From NCBI GenBank assembly GCA_039630575.1, contig JBCNUW010000004.1, positions 1 through 64,000 of the forward strand: 64,000 bases of DNA. The letters are read 5' to 3'. The notes under the pieces are model-generated. The model saw nothing but the letters and a program-made list of their open reading frames with translations, was not told the DNA's origin and searched no databases. Shown piece by piece: positions 1 to 9,663 of the stretch. Made by a program: the position numbers and the translations under genes. The stretch's first letter is position 1, and every line of letters starts with the position of its first letter. Source of the DNA: Candidatus Hydrothermales bacterium. Lineage in GTDB: Bacteria; Hydrothermota; Hydrothermia; Hydrothermales; JAJRUZ01.

Positions 1-1805
1 CACTTGAAAACCAAACAGAAAAAATCGATAAATACCTCCTCACCATAACAATAGAAGAAATCACCGACTTTTTAAACCATCACAAAATAAACTACAACAA
101 AAAAGACATCCATAACATCATATCAAAAACAAAAGGCCACGGACTCTTCACAAGAATACTCCTCTCAGAATACCTAAATAAAAAAACTGTCCCAGAAAAA
201 TTAGAATCTGAATACATAGAAAAAATACTAAAAGAAAAACTCAATGAACTTGAACCAGTAAAAAGAAGTTTGCTCCTCGGATTATCATGCCTCGAAAGAT
301 TTAAAAAAGATGAACTCGAAAAAATATTAGGCCTAAAAAACCCAGAAAATTTCATCAAAGAAATAACAGAAAAATTCCTATTCATAGAAAAATCCGGCGA
401 ATACTACTTCCTAAACCCAATATTCAAAGAATTCCTACTAAAAGAACTAGAAAAAAACCCAAAAGGTCTCATACTTAAAAAATGGATCCTCGATAACGCC
501 GTAGAATACTACCTAGAAAAAGAAGACTTCTTCCAAGCTCTCTCATACCTACTAAAACTTAAATACTACTCAAAAATACTTGATGTACTGAATAAAAAGA
601 TATACGATATACTCGATACCACCATCTTTTATGAAATAGAACCTATAGTTGAGAAACTACCTGAGGAACTACAAAAAAATTTTCTTATAATTCTAATTAA
701 AGCAGAAATTCACTATTTATCCTATAGATTTGAAGAAACCCTAAAAGAACTTGAAAAAATTGACGTCAGTAAGCTTGAGCCTGAGTATCGAGGACTTTTT
801 TTCTTTTTAAAAGGTGGATCTTTTTATTATCTAAGTAACTACAAGGAAGCCGAAAAATTTGCCTATGAAGGACTTCTTTATAAAGATAAATTAGAAAACA
901 GAATCTTATATAGACTTAATACCCTTTTAGGTGCGGTCAGTTCAGCAAATGAAGAACTTGAAAAGGCTGAAAAGTTTTATAATGAAGCACTTAATATAGC
1001 AAAAAATATAAGAATAACAAAAAGGGGGGTTGCTTTACTTCTAACTAATATTGGTGTTGTGTATTTTAAAAGACTCAAATTAGAAATTGCAGAGGAAAAA
1101 TATAAGGAAGCCTTAAGTATAGCTGTTGATGAAGACTTAATTACCTATATTCTTGGAATGCTCTCTTGGTCATATCTTTATACAGGAGATAAAGAAAAAT
1201 TACTTACAACTTTAGAAGAAATGAAAACCTATATTGAAAAATCGAGAACTTATTACTATTACGACAATTATTATTTTTTGCTTAAAAATTACTATATACT
1301 CATAGGAGATATAGAAAAGGCAAAGGACTGTAATTCTAAGTTAAGAGAACTTTACGAAGAATACAAAGATCCTGATACACTACTTGATGTAATGCTCTTT
1401 GATTCTTCGTATGAACTTATAAAGGGAAACGTACAAAAGGCATTAAATATAGCAAAATCTATTCAGCCACACAGTGAGATATTCGAATGTGATAAAAATA
1501 TTTTACTTGCAAAAATTTTTCTTGTTTTGGGCGAAGTAGAAAAAACTGAAGAATATTTTAGAAAAAGTCTTGAAAAATGTCATAAAAGTCCTCTTAGAGA
1601 AATTTCTTATTATATACAATATTTCTTATTTCTCTTTTACATGAAAGATTTAGAAAGAGCAAGTGAAGAAATAAAAAAAGTAGTAAAAAAATTTTCAGAT
1701 CTTAATCATTTCTTTTACAATTTAAGATATGAAATCAACATTTTTCCACTACCGATTAAAGAAGAAGAAATAATAAATTTTCTCAAGGAACAAAAGATTA
1801 TCTAA
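1..1805 (+). CDS. MalT-like STAND NTPase C-terminal part (helical/winged-helix + TPR array), 5'-partial, no C-terminal LuxR HTH
   Basis: The frame is open from nt 3 (LENQTEKIDKYLL...IISKTKGHGLFTRILL...), so the TTG at 270 is internal. The 'TKGHGL' segment and 'YYFLNPIFKEFL' resemble STAND HD1/WH motifs. TPR-like repeats follow (LGAVSSANEELEKAEKFYNEAL; NIGVVYFKRLKLEIAEEKYKEAL). Confidence 0.65.
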   Translation, partial: LENQTEKIDKYLLTITIEEITDFLNHHKINYNKKDIHNIISKTKGHGLFTRILLSEYLNKKTVPEKLESEYIEKILKEKLNELEPVKRSLLLGLSCLERFKKDELEKILGLKNPENFIKEITEKFLFIEKSGEYYFLNPIFKEFLLKELEKNPKGLILKKWILDNAVEYYLEKEDFFQALSYLLKLKYYSKILDVLNKKIYDILDTTIFYEIEPIVEKLPEELQKNFLIILIKAEIHYLSYRFEETLKELEKIDVSKLEPEYRGLFFFLKGGSFYYLSNYKEAEKFAYEGLLYKDKLENRILYRLNTLLGAVSSANEELEKAEKFYNEALNIAKNIRITKRGVALLLTNIGVVYFKRLKLEIAEEKYKEALSIAVDEDLITYILGMLSWSYLYTGDKEKLLTTLEEMKTYIEKSRTYYYYDNYYFLLKNYYILIGDIEKAKDCNSKLRELYEEYKDPDTLLDVMLFDSSYELIKGNVQKALNIAKSIQPHSEIFECDKNILLAKIFLVLGEVEKTEEYFRKSLEKCHKSPLREISYYIQYFLFLFYMKDLERASEEIKKVVKKFSDLNHFFYNLRYEINIFPLPIKEEEIINFLKEQKII

Positions 1806-2589
1806 AATAAAAGAAAAAAGATCTAACAATTAAAATTAAAAAAAATAAAAGGGAAAAAAATTTTTCAGTTAAATTACCGTATTTTAAAAAATAAAATAAA
1901 AAACCTCTTGCAAAATCAAATTTTTTTAAGAACTCATATTTTCTTAAAAATAAAACAGAAGAACCAACATGATAAAAGTATTTATCTGAGAAGGTTATAT
2001 CTTCTACTTTAAATCCAATTTCATAAAACCTTTTAAAAAATTCAACATCCGTAAAATACACAAAAAAATCCTCATCAAAACCCTTTAATTTATCCAATAC
2101 AATTTTATTTATAAAAATAGCTGAAAAGGCAGGTTGGATTCTATCACCTTTTTCTATTTTACCTCTATTCCAACGTAAAGTCAAAACATTCCAAATAGAA
2201 GGTAAAGGTCTTATAAAATAAAAAGTTTCTCCTTTCTTTTTTAAAAGAGGAATTAATACTAAGGGTTTTTTCTCCTTAAGCTCTTTTATTACATCCTCAA
2301 AAATAAATTTATCAAACGAAACATCAGGATTGCAGAAGAAAATATACTCCCCTTTTGCCTTAGAGATTGCATGATTATTTCCCTTTGCAAAACCTATGTT
2401 TTTTTTAAAAAAATACCTTGATGAATTTTTAACACCTTTTAAAATAGAAGTAGTTTCATCCTTAGAACCAGAATCTACAAATATCCACTCAATATTTTCG
2501 CCTAAAAATCTTTCTGTTGAATTTATTAAATTAAAAATAACCTTAGAACTGTTAAAACTAACAGTTACCCCTGTTAAAAATTTTCTCAT
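1798..2589 (-). CDS. Glycosyltransferase family 2
   Basis: VDSGSKD, NIGFAKGNN, FCNPD, GFDEDFFVYFTDVE motifs. Confidence 0.9.
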   Translation of the reverse strand: MRKFLTGVTVSFNSSKVIFNLINSTERFLGENIEWIFVDSGSKDETTSILKGVKNSSRYFFKKNIGFAKGNNHAISKAKGEYIFFCNPDVSFDKFIFEDVIKELKEKKPLVLIPLLKKKGETFYFIRPLPSIWNVLTLRWNRGKIEKGDRIQPAFSAIFINKIVLDKLKGFDEDFFVYFTDVEFFKRFYEIGFKVEDITFSDKYFYHVGSSVLFLRKYEFLKKFDFARGFLFYFLKYGNLTEKFFSLLFFLILIVRSFFFYFR

Positions 2590-3634
2590 TTATCAGATTC
2601 AAAAAATCCATACAAACATCTTCCCAGGATTTAGAAATATTTTTAACGGACATAGGATTTTTAATTAAACTTTCAAGATAATCAATCATACTTTTTTCTT
2701 CACCCCAAACAAACCCCTTTCCCTTTTCGAAAGTTTTAATGTATTTAAAAAGATTTGAACTTTTTCTGAAATAAGCTAAAACCGGAACATCACCACCTGA
2801 ATATTCAAAGAATTTTAAGGGTATATAATTTTTAGTATCACTATCTCTGAAAATGATAAATAAATCAGCAATCTCAAAATAATTTATTAACTCATCATAA
2901 TTAACATAACCTGGGGTAATAACTCTTTTATCCTTTACTTTTATATCAGAACCTAAAAGATAAAGTCTATAATTTAGATTTTTTGTATATTCTATAAATC
3001 TAAAAAAACTTTCCTCTGCGTTTTTAAGTGTTCCTGTATAGACAATATTAAAACCTTCGTGATTTTTTCTCTCAAACTTTATTGCTCCAGCCTCCAAAAC
3101 ATAACCATCTATTCCAAAGGTTTTTAAAACATACTCATGAGATCCGATAAATAAATCTACTATCCCTTCGATATTTTTGATAAGTCTTTTAAACCTTTTA
3201 CCACTTTCAAAATCAGCTGGATCCCTTATTTCACATATAAGGGGCAAATTAAATCTTTTTTTTAAAGATACTCCAACTTTTAATAACTCAAAAGGCGGAA
3301 CTGTTAGTGCAATAAAATCAACCTTTTCCTTTTCTAACAAATTTTTTGCTCTATCATAAAAAGGCTTTAAAATCCTTTTAATTTCACGTCCAGAACCTCC
3401 TTTAAATTTTAAAAAAGTCTTTATATAAGAAATATAATCAAAAACTCTTTCTACCCTTATTCCACTTAAATCTTTATAGAGTGAGTTATCTTTTATTGAA
3501 GCTTTTGTAATTCTTTTAGTTAATACATATGGCTTAAAAAAATTTTTTAAATACTTGATATAGTTATAAGCTCTTATTGATGCAGCATAAGGTTCTGGTG
3601 GAAAATAATAAGCAATAAACAAAAAACTTTTCAT
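2558..3634 (-). CDS. Glycosyltransferase family 4 (GT-B)
   Basis: N-terminal FIAYYFPP, EIRDP, IVYTGT, PLKFFEY motifs. Confidence 0.85.
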   Translation of the reverse strand: MKSFLFIAYYFPPEPYAASIRAYNYIKYLKNFFKPYVLTKRITKASIKDNSLYKDLSGIRVERVFDYISYIKTFLKFKGGSGREIKRILKPFYDRAKNLLEKEKVDFIALTVPPFELLKVGVSLKKRFNLPLICEIRDPADFESGKRFKRLIKNIEGIVDLFIGSHEYVLKTFGIDGYVLEAGAIKFERKNHEGFNIVYTGTLKNAEESFFRFIEYTKNLNYRLYLLGSDIKVKDKRVITPGYVNYDELINYFEIADLFIIFRDSDTKNYIPLKFFEYSGGDVPVLAYFRKSSNLFKYIKTFEKGKGFVWGEEKSMIDYLESLIKNPMSVKNISKSWEDVCMDFLNLINEKIFNRGNC

Positions 3635-3642
3635 CCATAACT

Positions 3643-6516
3643 TTAGTAGTTAACGATCTTTAAAACACAACTTTCCTTATCTGTTTTTAACTTTAAGAAA
3701 AAGACACCTCTTCCAATTTCCTCTGATTTCAAATTTATAAAATAAATACCAGCATCTTTTTTACCACTTTCTATATTTCGTACCAATCTTCCAGAAAGAT
3801 CAAAAAGATCAAGAGAAACAGAAGAGTTATAAGGTAGAACAAATTTTACTTTTAAACCGTCCATTTTTCTGTAAGATAATATTGAAAGATCCATCCTAAG
3901 ATCCTTTATTAACTCTTTAATATCTGTATAGTATCGGTTTGTTATCGAATCTACATTTTGCTGTAAATTAGTTAAACTGCTCCCACCAACAATTGCAAAA
4001 ACAACTTTTTGAGTATCATTGGGTGAAAGATTAAAAGGACCATAGGATGCTACAATTGACCAGTCAGCTGCTTGATTGGTTTGATCTAAACCAATCTGAC
4101 CTGAAAGAAATTGATATTTTTCTGCTTCTGTTGGTCTTCCAGTAGGATAGACATAAGTGGGATTATGCATAAATTTGCCAATAAATCCAGTCTGAGGTTC
4201 AATAAGTGAAACCCCGATATAAGTTGAGCCATAGTACATGTAAATGAGTCTTCTTGATAAATCCCTATTACCATTATTACTACTATAGGGATTTATATCA
4301 AAATCCATAAAAAGACCTGTGTAAAGTCCTGATACTGTACTTGATCCCTTATTTATGATAGATAGTTCAACTAAAACTCCGTTTCCAGGTCCCGGATTGC
4401 CTGGTTTTGAAAAGGCATAAGCATACTGTGTTATGTATATACTTTTTGGAGTTAAATGGGGGCTATCATCATATCCGGCTCTTGTCAATGTATCGCCTTT
4501 AAAAGCTGGGCTCACCCACCAAATTCCGTCTCTTGCAACAAAGTCATCATCAAAGACATCGTTTGAATTATAAAAGGCATCTGCTACATAGGTTGTACTA
4601 TTTGCAAGTCCTACAGAACCATAATACAAATGATTAGATCCAGTTCTTGGCCACCTAAATCCTGTTCCACCTCCAAAGTTTCCATACTCATCTTGAGAGG
4701 GCAATCCACCCCTATTTGTAACTGTTAAAATTGCATTTCCAGCTGGTATATCAATTAAAGTTGGTCCAAGTTGTCCAACCTTTAAAGAAAAATTATATTG
4801 CCATGTATAATTATTCCCACTGTTATCGGTTCCATTTATATAAAGTGTAAAATTAACATCAGTTCCGTTTGGAGTTCCAGGATCCGAAATAGCAGAAAAA
4901 TTATCAGTATTAGTAGCACTTTGACCAGATTGCAAATCAGGCCAGCTTCCAATTGAATCAATGATAGTTACATAGGGACTAGTTGTTCTTAACTTACCTG
5001 TAAGTGAATAAGCATCAGCTTGACCCATATTTTTTGCAACAAAATCAAAAATAACTTGTTCTCCAGGATCCCATACTGGTCCTGTATTAGAAGTATCCCA
5101 CGAAGCAACGGTGACTATGGGTTTACCAAGTTGAGTTTGTATTGCCTTCCAAACATTCACGATACCCCATCCTACTCTGTCATTTGGATAGGTATACCCA
5201 CATGTTGTAGGTTTTGTTGTTGTATTTATTAAAATCATGTAGGCACTGTCAACGGTAAGTGCGGGGTTTGCCTGGAATAAAAGTGCAAGAGCTCCTGTAA
5301 TATGAGGGGCAGCCATCGAAGAACCGTCCCACGTGGCATAACCACCACCAGGAACAGAGGACCTTATTCCTGAACCTGGAGCAGCAATATCAGGTTTTAG
5401 TAAATTCCATGTGGGGTAAAACCAATTGTCTTGAACATTCCAAGGACTTTGATTTGGTGCTGGTCCTCTCTGTCCAACACAATCATGACAGCCACTTGTA
5501 TTAACAGTTCCAACACCAATTACAGTAGGATAGTTTCCCGGTGTTCCAGCTGTTCCTGTAGCACTACAACTGGTTCCACAATTAGCATTGTTTCCAATTG
5601 CAAAGACAGGAAAAATCTCAAGAGCTCTCCAACTCATAATAGCTTGCCAGTAAGCAGTTGAGGTTTGAGAACAAGAGCCCCAGGAATTGTTTACAGCCCT
5701 TATGTTTATGTTCGAGTCAGCCTTTAAAGAAGCAATCCATTGAAAAGCAGCCGAGATATTACCAGCATAGCATGAATTATCAAATACTTTTGCCATTACA
5801 AAATAAGGAACATTTGGAGCAACCCCAATATCATTTGTACCAAAATTACCTGTTCCTCCTATTATTGTTCCAGAAACATGAGTGCCATGCTGACAACCAT
5901 CATAAAAAGGGTTTCCATCTGGTGTAAAAGCTCTTCCCTTAAATTGAACCCCAGAAAAGGTAGGGTGAGTTCTATCAACACCTGAATCCATAGCTCCTAC
6001 TATCACTCCCTCTCCTCTGAAACCATTTGCCCAAGCTGAATCAGCTTTTATTAACTGCATATTCCAAGGAGCAGCTTTAGAGTCAAAAAAAGTATAATCT
6101 ACATCAGTTTTTTCAGGTTTTATAAGAAATACCTCTGGCTCAAGCTCTATTCTTAAAACATCTTTTCTTTCTATTAACTCTCTTATAAATTTATTTGTTG
6201 CTTTAGCTCTGATACCATTATATACCCAATAAGACTCGTAAAATTCAACTTCAGAATTTAACTTTCTTGACAAAAAATTTAATATATCTCTCTGTGATTC
6301 ATAGGAAATTGTCTTAAGATAATCTGCCCTTGATTTTATATCAGGAATTTTCTTTATAAATTCATAATCTGGAGAAGGATTCATAAGAATTATAACTGTT
6401 AGCATCTCTCTGTCAGATGTCTTATAAAGCTTTTCCATAAGATCTTGAGAAACTTTCTCAAAAGATGGATTAAAAGGATTTATAAAAGAAAAGAAAACAA
6501 ACAAAAAATTAAACAT
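3643..6516 (-). CDS. Secreted S8 subtilase (bacillopeptidase F-like) with propeptide, beta-rich accessory domains and T9SS/FlgD-like C-terminal domain
   Basis: Triad motifs GAMDSG, HGTHVSG, GSSMAAPH; KPDIAAPG; C-terminal 'LDLFDLSGRLV...G.Y...GVFFLKL...KIV'. Confidence 0.9.
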   Translation of the reverse strand: MFNFLFVFFSFINPFNPSFEKVSQDLMEKLYKTSDREMLTVIILMNPSPDYEFIKKIPDIKSRADYLKTISYESQRDILNFLSRKLNSEVEFYESYWVYNGIRAKATNKFIRELIERKDVLRIELEPEVFLIKPEKTDVDYTFFDSKAAPWNMQLIKADSAWANGFRGEGVIVGAMDSGVDRTHPTFSGVQFKGRAFTPDGNPFYDGCQHGTHVSGTIIGGTGNFGTNDIGVAPNVPYFVMAKVFDNSCYAGNISAAFQWIASLKADSNINIRAVNNSWGSCSQTSTAYWQAIMSWRALEIFPVFAIGNNANCGTSCSATGTAGTPGNYPTVIGVGTVNTSGCHDCVGQRGPAPNQSPWNVQDNWFYPTWNLLKPDIAAPGSGIRSSVPGGGYATWDGSSMAAPHITGALALLFQANPALTVDSAYMILINTTTKPTTCGYTYPNDRVGWGIVNVWKAIQTQLGKPIVTVASWDTSNTGPVWDPGEQVIFDFVAKNMGQADAYSLTGKLRTTSPYVTIIDSIGSWPDLQSGQSATNTDNFSAISDPGTPNGTDVNFTLYINGTDNSGNNYTWQYNFSLKVGQLGPTLIDIPAGNAILTVTNRGGLPSQDEYGNFGGGTGFRWPRTGSNHLYYGSVGLANSTTYVADAFYNSNDVFDDDFVARDGIWWVSPAFKGDTLTRAGYDDSPHLTPKSIYITQYAYAFSKPGNPGPGNGVLVELSIINKGSSTVSGLYTGLFMDFDINPYSSNNGNRDLSRRLIYMYYGSTYIGVSLIEPQTGFIGKFMHNPTYVYPTGRPTEAEKYQFLSGQIGLDQTNQAADWSIVASYGPFNLSPNDTQKVVFAIVGGSSLTNLQQNVDSITNRYYTDIKELIKDLRMDLSILSYRKMDGLKVKFVLPYNSSVSLDLFDLSGRLVRNIESGKKDAGIYFINLKSEEIGRGVFFLKLKTDKESCVLKIVNY

Positions 6517-6531
6517 AAAAACCCCTTTTTT

Positions 6532-7851
6532 TTAAATAGGGCTTTGAACCCTATAATTGATTCCCAAATTTAAACCCTCTCTAAAAACCTCTAAAACTTC
6601 CTCTTTTGATTTTCCATATTTTAATACAGATTTTTCAAAAATTTCACTTCCGAACAGATTGAATTTACCAAAAAGAAAACCAATTGAAAAATAATTTGGT
6701 CCACCTCTTACCTTTAGGTATTTTCTTGCTGGTATTCTTAAATAACCTTTATTCTCGCTTAAGGACTCGTCTATTATTACATTTTCTGAAACATTTAAAA
6801 GATTTTTAACTCTCTTAAAACCATCAGAACTTGTTATGATTAAATAAGTAGGCTTTTCAATTCCCGAATACTTTATATTTTTTTCTGATATTATTATTTC
6901 TGAAATTGAAAATCCACTTCCTACTGTAACTGGATTATCATTTTTCTGAGTTGCGTTTAACCCTGCTAAAATAGAAGAGTAACAGAGTAAAGAAGCAGCA
7001 AGCTGCACACCCTCACCAGCTGATCCTGCTATAACAATTTTTAAAGGCTCTTTTAAAGAAATCCTTTTTTCTATTTCAATACCTTTAAATTCAAAATCTT
7101 CTTTACCATTAAAGAACTTACTCTTATAAAGTTCACCAAAACTTTCTTTTTTTACTTTTACTTTAATTTTACCACCAAAATAATCGAGAATATTTTTTAA
7201 ATCTGAACCTTTCATCTCATTATATCTTGTTGCATAGCCTGTGCATAATTCAAGTATTTCTACAGCAGCAAATCCCTTATGTGTTAAGGCTTCTTTTATT
7301 ATCTCCTTTAACTCGGGATCCTGAGAATAAGTACGAGCATAAAAAGTTGCTCCTGAATTTCTTAAAATATCTATTATTTTAAGTGCCTCAAAGGGGTTAC
7401 CTTTTATAGTTGTTGAAGTTTTAAAATCCTTAGGAGTTAAACCAGAATGTTGGCCACCAGTCATTCCATATAAAAAATTATTATGAATTAAAACTTTAAT
7501 ATCTACATTAGTTTTTGCAGCCTCAACTAGATGCAAAAGACCTATAGTGGATCCACCGTCACCTATCATTACAACTACCTTTAACCTATTATCAAAAAGA
7601 ACCTCATCGACCATTTTTATGCCTACTGCAACAGCAGTGGATCTACCATGAAGAGTGTGAACTGTATGAACACTAAAGAGTTTATCCACGAGTCCCACAC
7701 AACCTATATCGGAAACGATAATAAAATCCTCATTTTTTATATCTAACTCAAATATTGCCCTGGCAAGAGCCATATCAATTGCAGTATGACCACAGCCAGG
7801 ACAATAGGGAAAATTCTGAGGCCTATCTATAATCTCAAATATATCTCTCAT
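6532..7851 (-). CDS. 2-oxoacid:ferredoxin oxidoreductase, fused beta (TPP) + gamma subunit
   Basis: YCPGCGH, DIGC, GDGG...NNFLYGMTGGQ (beta); AGSAGEGVQ (gamma). Confidence 0.9.
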   Translation of the reverse strand: MRDIFEIIDRPQNFPYCPGCGHTAIDMALARAIFELDIKNEDFIIVSDIGCVGLVDKLFSVHTVHTLHGRSTAVAVGIKMVDEVLFDNRLKVVVMIGDGGSTIGLLHLVEAAKTNVDIKVLIHNNFLYGMTGGQHSGLTPKDFKTSTTIKGNPFEALKIIDILRNSGATFYARTYSQDPELKEIIKEALTHKGFAAVEILELCTGYATRYNEMKGSDLKNILDYFGGKIKVKVKKESFGELYKSKFFNGKEDFEFKGIEIEKRISLKEPLKIVIAGSAGEGVQLAASLLCYSSILAGLNATQKNDNPVTVGSGFSISEIIISEKNIKYSGIEKPTYLIITSSDGFKRVKNLLNVSENVIIDESLSENKGYLRIPARKYLKVRGGPNYFSIGFLFGKFNLFGSEIFEKSVLKYGKSKEEVLEVFREGLNLGINYRVQSPI

Positions 7852-8945
7852 AGCGAATTTAAAAATTTCTTTATCTCAAAGGGCGATATTAATGACCCTA
7901 TTTTTGTTAAGGAATAACCCTTATTATCAAGAAGATGTCTAATTAAAATATAAAGTGATCCTATAATGTTTTCTTCAATCACAACTATCTTTTTATACCT
8001 TTCAAATATTGATTTTATAATTTCTTCCTCCAATGGATAAAGTGTTTTTAAAATTAAATAACTTAAATTCTTTTCCTCTGAAACTTCCCTCACACTCTCT
8101 GAGGTGATTCCATAAGATAAAAGTAAAATATCAGAGCCTCTTTCAACATATTCATAAAAGAAAAATTTATGAATGTTTTTTATTATTTTTTCCTTAAGAT
8201 GATAAAGTACTTCAAGAACTTCAGGATCGTCCTTTTTTAAATCACCCTTTTTATCATGAGCACTACCAGTATATCTTGTAAGATATTTACCACCAACTGG
8301 AGAAAATAAAGGAACATCTTCTAAGGTTTTAAAATTGTAAGTTTTAAATTCACCGTCACCTTTGTAAATTTTTCTTTCTAAAATTTCAGGTTTTTTTAAA
8401 GAACTTAAATCAACACTTTTTCTTGTCATTGTTACTTCTTTTTCTGTTAAAAATATTGAGGGAGTCCTTAAAACCTCTGAAATGTTTACAGCATGTACTA
8501 TAAATTCATAACTTTCCTCAATAGTTGATGGAGAAACAATTGGAATAGGATAACCACCTGAATTGGAAAAAGCTGCCAAAAGTAGGTCTCCTTGTGAGGT
8601 GGTTGTAGCACCACCGGTTGCTGGCCCTAACCTTTGTGCCAAAACAATAGTTACTGGTATTTCAGACATTAGAGCAAAAGAGACTGATTCAATCATTAAA
8701 GAAAATCCAGGTCCAGATGTAGCTGTCATGGATTTTATTCCCATAAGAGAAGCACCGATACAATAAGAAATGGCTGAAATTTCATCAGAAGCACCAACTG
8801 AAACTCCTCCTACTTTTGGAAGTTCCCTCATAATTGGCTCATATATTACAGAAGCTGGTGTTATTGGATAACCTGCAAAAAACCTTACACCTGCATCTAA
8901 GGCACCTTTAGCAATAAGTTCTCCACCACTTACAAAAATTTTCAT
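7848..8945 (-). CDS. 2-oxoacid:ferredoxin oxidoreductase alpha subunit
   Basis: AGYPITP, ATSGPGFSLM, QRLGPATG motifs; overlaps the start of the beta-gamma gene. Confidence 0.92.
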   Translation of the reverse strand: MKIFVSGGELIAKGALDAGVRFFAGYPITPASVIYEPIMRELPKVGGVSVGASDEISAISYCIGASLMGIKSMTATSGPGFSLMIESVSFALMSEIPVTIVLAQRLGPATGGATTTSQGDLLLAAFSNSGGYPIPIVSPSTIEESYEFIVHAVNISEVLRTPSIFLTEKEVTMTRKSVDLSSLKKPEILERKIYKGDGEFKTYNFKTLEDVPLFSPVGGKYLTRYTGSAHDKKGDLKKDDPEVLEVLYHLKEKIIKNIHKFFFYEYVERGSDILLLSYGITSESVREVSEEKNLSYLILKTLYPLEEEIIKSIFERYKKIVVIEENIIGSLYILIRHLLDNKGYSLTKIGSLISPFEIKKFLNSL

Positions 8946-9358
8946 TTCATTTCATAAATTTTATTTTCATCTATTATATGTATTACCTTAAAACTTAACT
9001 CCACAAGTGATTGAGAAATGAATTTTCTGTGACATTTAAAAAATAACTTTTCAGCACACATAATACAAGTTTTTTTATCTGAAAGATCCATAACTTTTTT
9101 AAGTCCAAATTTATAATGATCTTTCAACATATAAGCTTCATATCCCTCCTTTCTAAAACCACCTAGCTCTTTTCCCAACCAATAATAGGAAATATTTTCT
9201 TCCTTAAGTGCTTTTAAGAGATTTTCTCTATTAAACCACTCAAACTTTTTAGAATAGGGAAATCTTCTTACATCAATAAGATTTTTAATTTCATAGTACT
9301 TTAATAAAGAGATAAAATCCCTTAATTTTCTATTTGAATGACCAATTGTATAGATCAC
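8942..9358 (-). CDS. DUF488 family protein
   Basis: IYTIGHS, DVRRFPYS, ELGG, MCAE...CHR motifs; GTG start. Confidence 0.9.
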   Translation of the reverse strand: MIYTIGHSNRKLRDFISLLKYYEIKNLIDVRRFPYSKKFEWFNRENLLKALKEENISYYWLGKELGGFRKEGYEAYMLKDHYKFGLKKVMDLSDKKTCIMCAEKLFFKCHRKFISQSLVELSFKVIHIIDENKIYEMK

Positions 9359-9360
9359 CT

Positions 9361-9663
9361 TTATATTTTTAAAATTATTTCATCTGGATCTAAAAATGAA
9401 ACAGATTCAACTTCCTCTTGAGTTGGTTCAAGGGTAAAAGTTCCCTCATCTTGCTTTAAAAGTTCAAGAACATCTTTTTCAAGATTCTCCTTTATAAATG
9501 TTCCATCCTTTTTCCTTAGTGCCACAATCATTCCTTTAGCAAAAAAGATCTCACCCCTTAAATATTTACCTTCTATAATCAATTTTCCCGATTTTGAAAG
9601 TCTTTTAATAAATTTTAAAATATCTTCAATTCTAACGTCCCTTAAATCTCCAATAAGTGCCAT
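9361..9663 (-). CDS. Stand-alone DUF4388 (PATAN-like) domain protein
   Basis: MALIGDL..V.I.DIL....KSGKL...GEIFF..G.I...EGTF pattern. Confidence 0.8.
   Translation of the reverse strand: MALIGDLRDVRIEDILKFIKRLSKSGKLIIEGKYLRGEIFFAKGMIVALRKKDGTFIKENLEKDVLELLKQDEGTFTLEPTQEEVESVSFLDPDEIILKI

Noticed and set aside
1..700. Diversity-generating retroelement as the cause of the compositional skew
   Set aside because: No reverse transcriptase or template/variable repeat pair is in the window, and the bias is synonymous and directional rather than adenine-randomising.
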